Source: an uncultured Acidobacteriota bacterium (GTDB taxonomy: Bacteria; Acidobacteriota; Thermoanaerobaculia; Gp7-AA8). From it: 64,000 nt of DNA. The notes beneath the pieces were generated by a model. It had not been told where the DNA came from, ran no database searches, and worked only from the letters and a program-made list of their open reading frames with translations. The translations under genes were made by a program, and so were the position numbers. The DNA lies in NCBI GenBank assembly GCA_963822445.1, contig CAWGHO010000003.1, positions 1,088,001 through 1,152,000 on the forward strand. The letters are read 5' to 3'. Below, piece by piece: positions 62,452-64,000 of the stretch; position 1 is the first letter of the stretch; the number at the start of each line of letters is the position of its first letter.

Positions 62452-64000
62452 ATGGAGCTCATCGGACGGCAGTTCGGTCATATCCGTGTCACTGAAGTAA
62501 TCGGTGAAGGCGGTATGGGCGCGGTGTACGCCGGCCACGACGAGAAGCTCGACCGCAAGGTCGCCCTCAAAGTTCTTCATGCCGATCAGCGCCTCGACGA
62601 AGAGGCCCGGGACCGGCTGTTGCGTGAGGCCCGCGCGCTCTCCAAGGTCGACCACCCGAACATCTGCCGCATCCACGATTACATCGAGACCGGCGACGTC
62701 GATCTACTCGTGCTCGAGTACATCGACGGGCGCACGCTGCAGGCCGCGATCGACAACGGGCTGGCGCACACGGAGAAATTGCGCATCGCTCTCGCCGTCG
62801 CGGAAGTGCTGGTTCGCGCTCACCGTGCCGGCATCGTTCATCGCGATCTCAAGCCGGAAAATGTGATGCTCACGAAAACCGGCGAGGTGAAGGTCCTCGA
62901 TTTCGGACTCGCGCGCTGGCTGCACCGCGGCCGTAAGTCCTCCGACAGCCATCAGGCCGCCCCGTCGCTCCTGCGTGTGGACCCGACCAAAGACTCCGGC
63001 TCCGCTGACATATCGCTCGGCGAGACGACGGCCATGCCCTCGGCCCGTCCTTCCGACATCTTCCCGAGCGGACGCCGCGAGTTCCTGGCCACCGCCGCCG
63101 GCATCACCCTCGGCACACCGCTCTACATGAGTCCCGAACAGGCACGCGGCGAGGCTCTGACGCCGGCCAGCGACATGTTCTCGTTCGGTCTGCTTCTGCA
63201 GGTGCTCTTCACCGGCAAGGAACCGCATGGCGACGTCATGAGCGCGCGCGAGGTGATCCTGCGCGTCGCGCGCGGCGAGACCAATCCCGTCGAAGGCGCG
63301 CCGAAAGACATCGCCGCGCTGATCAATCAGCTGAAGATGTTCGCCCCCGCGGACCGACCCACGGCCGTGCAGATGGTGGAGCGGCTGCGCTTCCAGATTG
63401 ACAAACCGCAGCGCATCGCCCGCCGCTCCATCGCCGGTGGCGTCGCGGTGATGATGCTGTTCGGCGGCTGGCGCTACACGGTCGATCTCGATCGCGAGCG
63501 GGCGAAGGCCATCGAGCAGAAAACGGTCGCGCAGGAGGAAAAGGCCAAGGCCGAGGACCTGATCAACTTCATGGTCGACGACCTGCGGAAAAAACTCACC
63601 GTGGTCGGCCGGCTGGACGTACTGGAAGCGCCGAGCGAGAAGGTCCTGCAATACGTGCAGCGGCTGCGGCCCGACGCGATGTCCATCGACGAGATCGCCC
63701 GCCACGCGAAAGTCCTCAATCAGCTCGGGGAAGTGAAGCTGGGACTCGGAAAAACGCCCGAGGCCATCGATTTCTTCAAAAAATCACTCCTCTTGAGTGA
63801 AACGGCCATGAAGCGCGACCCGCGCAGCACCGAGGCGCTCATGGTGTACGGCAACTCGCATTTCTGGATCGGCAACAGCCACCGGCTGAAGGGCGATCTG
63901 AACGAAGCATTGACCCACATGCGCGAGTACATGAAGGCCGGTGACACGCTCGTCGAGATCGATCCATTGAAGAAAGAGAACCAGCTCGAGCGGGCGTATG
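62452..64000 (+). CDS. Ser/Thr protein kinase - TM - TPR (paralog 3, runs off window)
   Basis: Manual reading: [13 protein letters not shown]..., HRDLKPEN, DFG, FMVDDLRKKLTVVGRLD; missing from the ORF track because there is no stop in the window. Confidence 0.9.
   Translation, partial: MELIGRQFGHIRVTEVIGEGGMGAVYAGHDEKLDRKVALKVLHADQRLDEEARDRLLREARALSKVDHPNICRIHDYIETGDVDLLVLEYIDGRTLQAAIDNGLAHTEKLRIALAVAEVLVRAHRAGIVHRDLKPENVMLTKTGEVKVLDFGLARWLHRGRKSSDSHQAAPSLLRVDPTKDSGSADISLGETTAMPSARPSDIFPSGRREFLATAAGITLGTPLYMSPEQARGEALTPASDMFSFGLLLQVLFTGKEPHGDVMSAREVILRVARGETNPVEGAPKDIAALINQLKMFAPADRPTAVQMVERLRFQIDKPQRIARRSIAGGVAVMMLFGGWRYTVDLDRERAKAIEQKTVAQEEKAKAEDLINFMVDDLRKKLTVVGRLDVLEAPSEKVLQYVQRLRPDAMSIDEIARHAKVLNQLGEVKLGLGKTPEAIDFFKKSLLLSETAMKRDPRSTEALMVYGNSHFWIGNSHRLKGDLNEALTHMREYMKAGDTLVEIDPLKKENQLERAY

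Overview
High-GC, gene-dense bacterial window. Gene content (Oar-like TonB-dependent receptor, kinase-TPR paralogs, lipid A and Kdo genes) suggests a diderm, possibly an Acidobacteriota (Thermoanaerobaculia-like) genome; that assignment is inference. About 65 CDS are supportable: housekeeping genes (comF, proline dehydrogenase, lpxL-like, kdsC, purH, pepQ, glutamine synthetase II, ychF, glk, rpsD, frameshifted glpX), DNA repair genes (UDG, PNK-like kinase coupled to LigD), two putative toxin-antitoxin pairs, an ECF42/YciI module with its cognate promoter, and a minimal KdpDE facing kup. No rRNA, tRNA, CRISPR array or transposase was recognised. Most interesting candidates: (1) a tandem array of three Ser/Thr kinase-TM-TPR receptors with a translationally coupled 136-aa protein ending in an Asp-Pro motif (IDPEVENEP) resembling self-cleaving DP-EP proteins; (2) an ECF sigma, a soluble zinc-finger/TPR anti-sigma and an unannotated 22-aa peptide gene; (3) dispersed tandem-repeat hairpin elements that share architecture but not sequence, one of them in-frame inside ligD; (4) an orphan PafA/Dop-like ligase. 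All product calls come from motif recognition by eye, not database searches.
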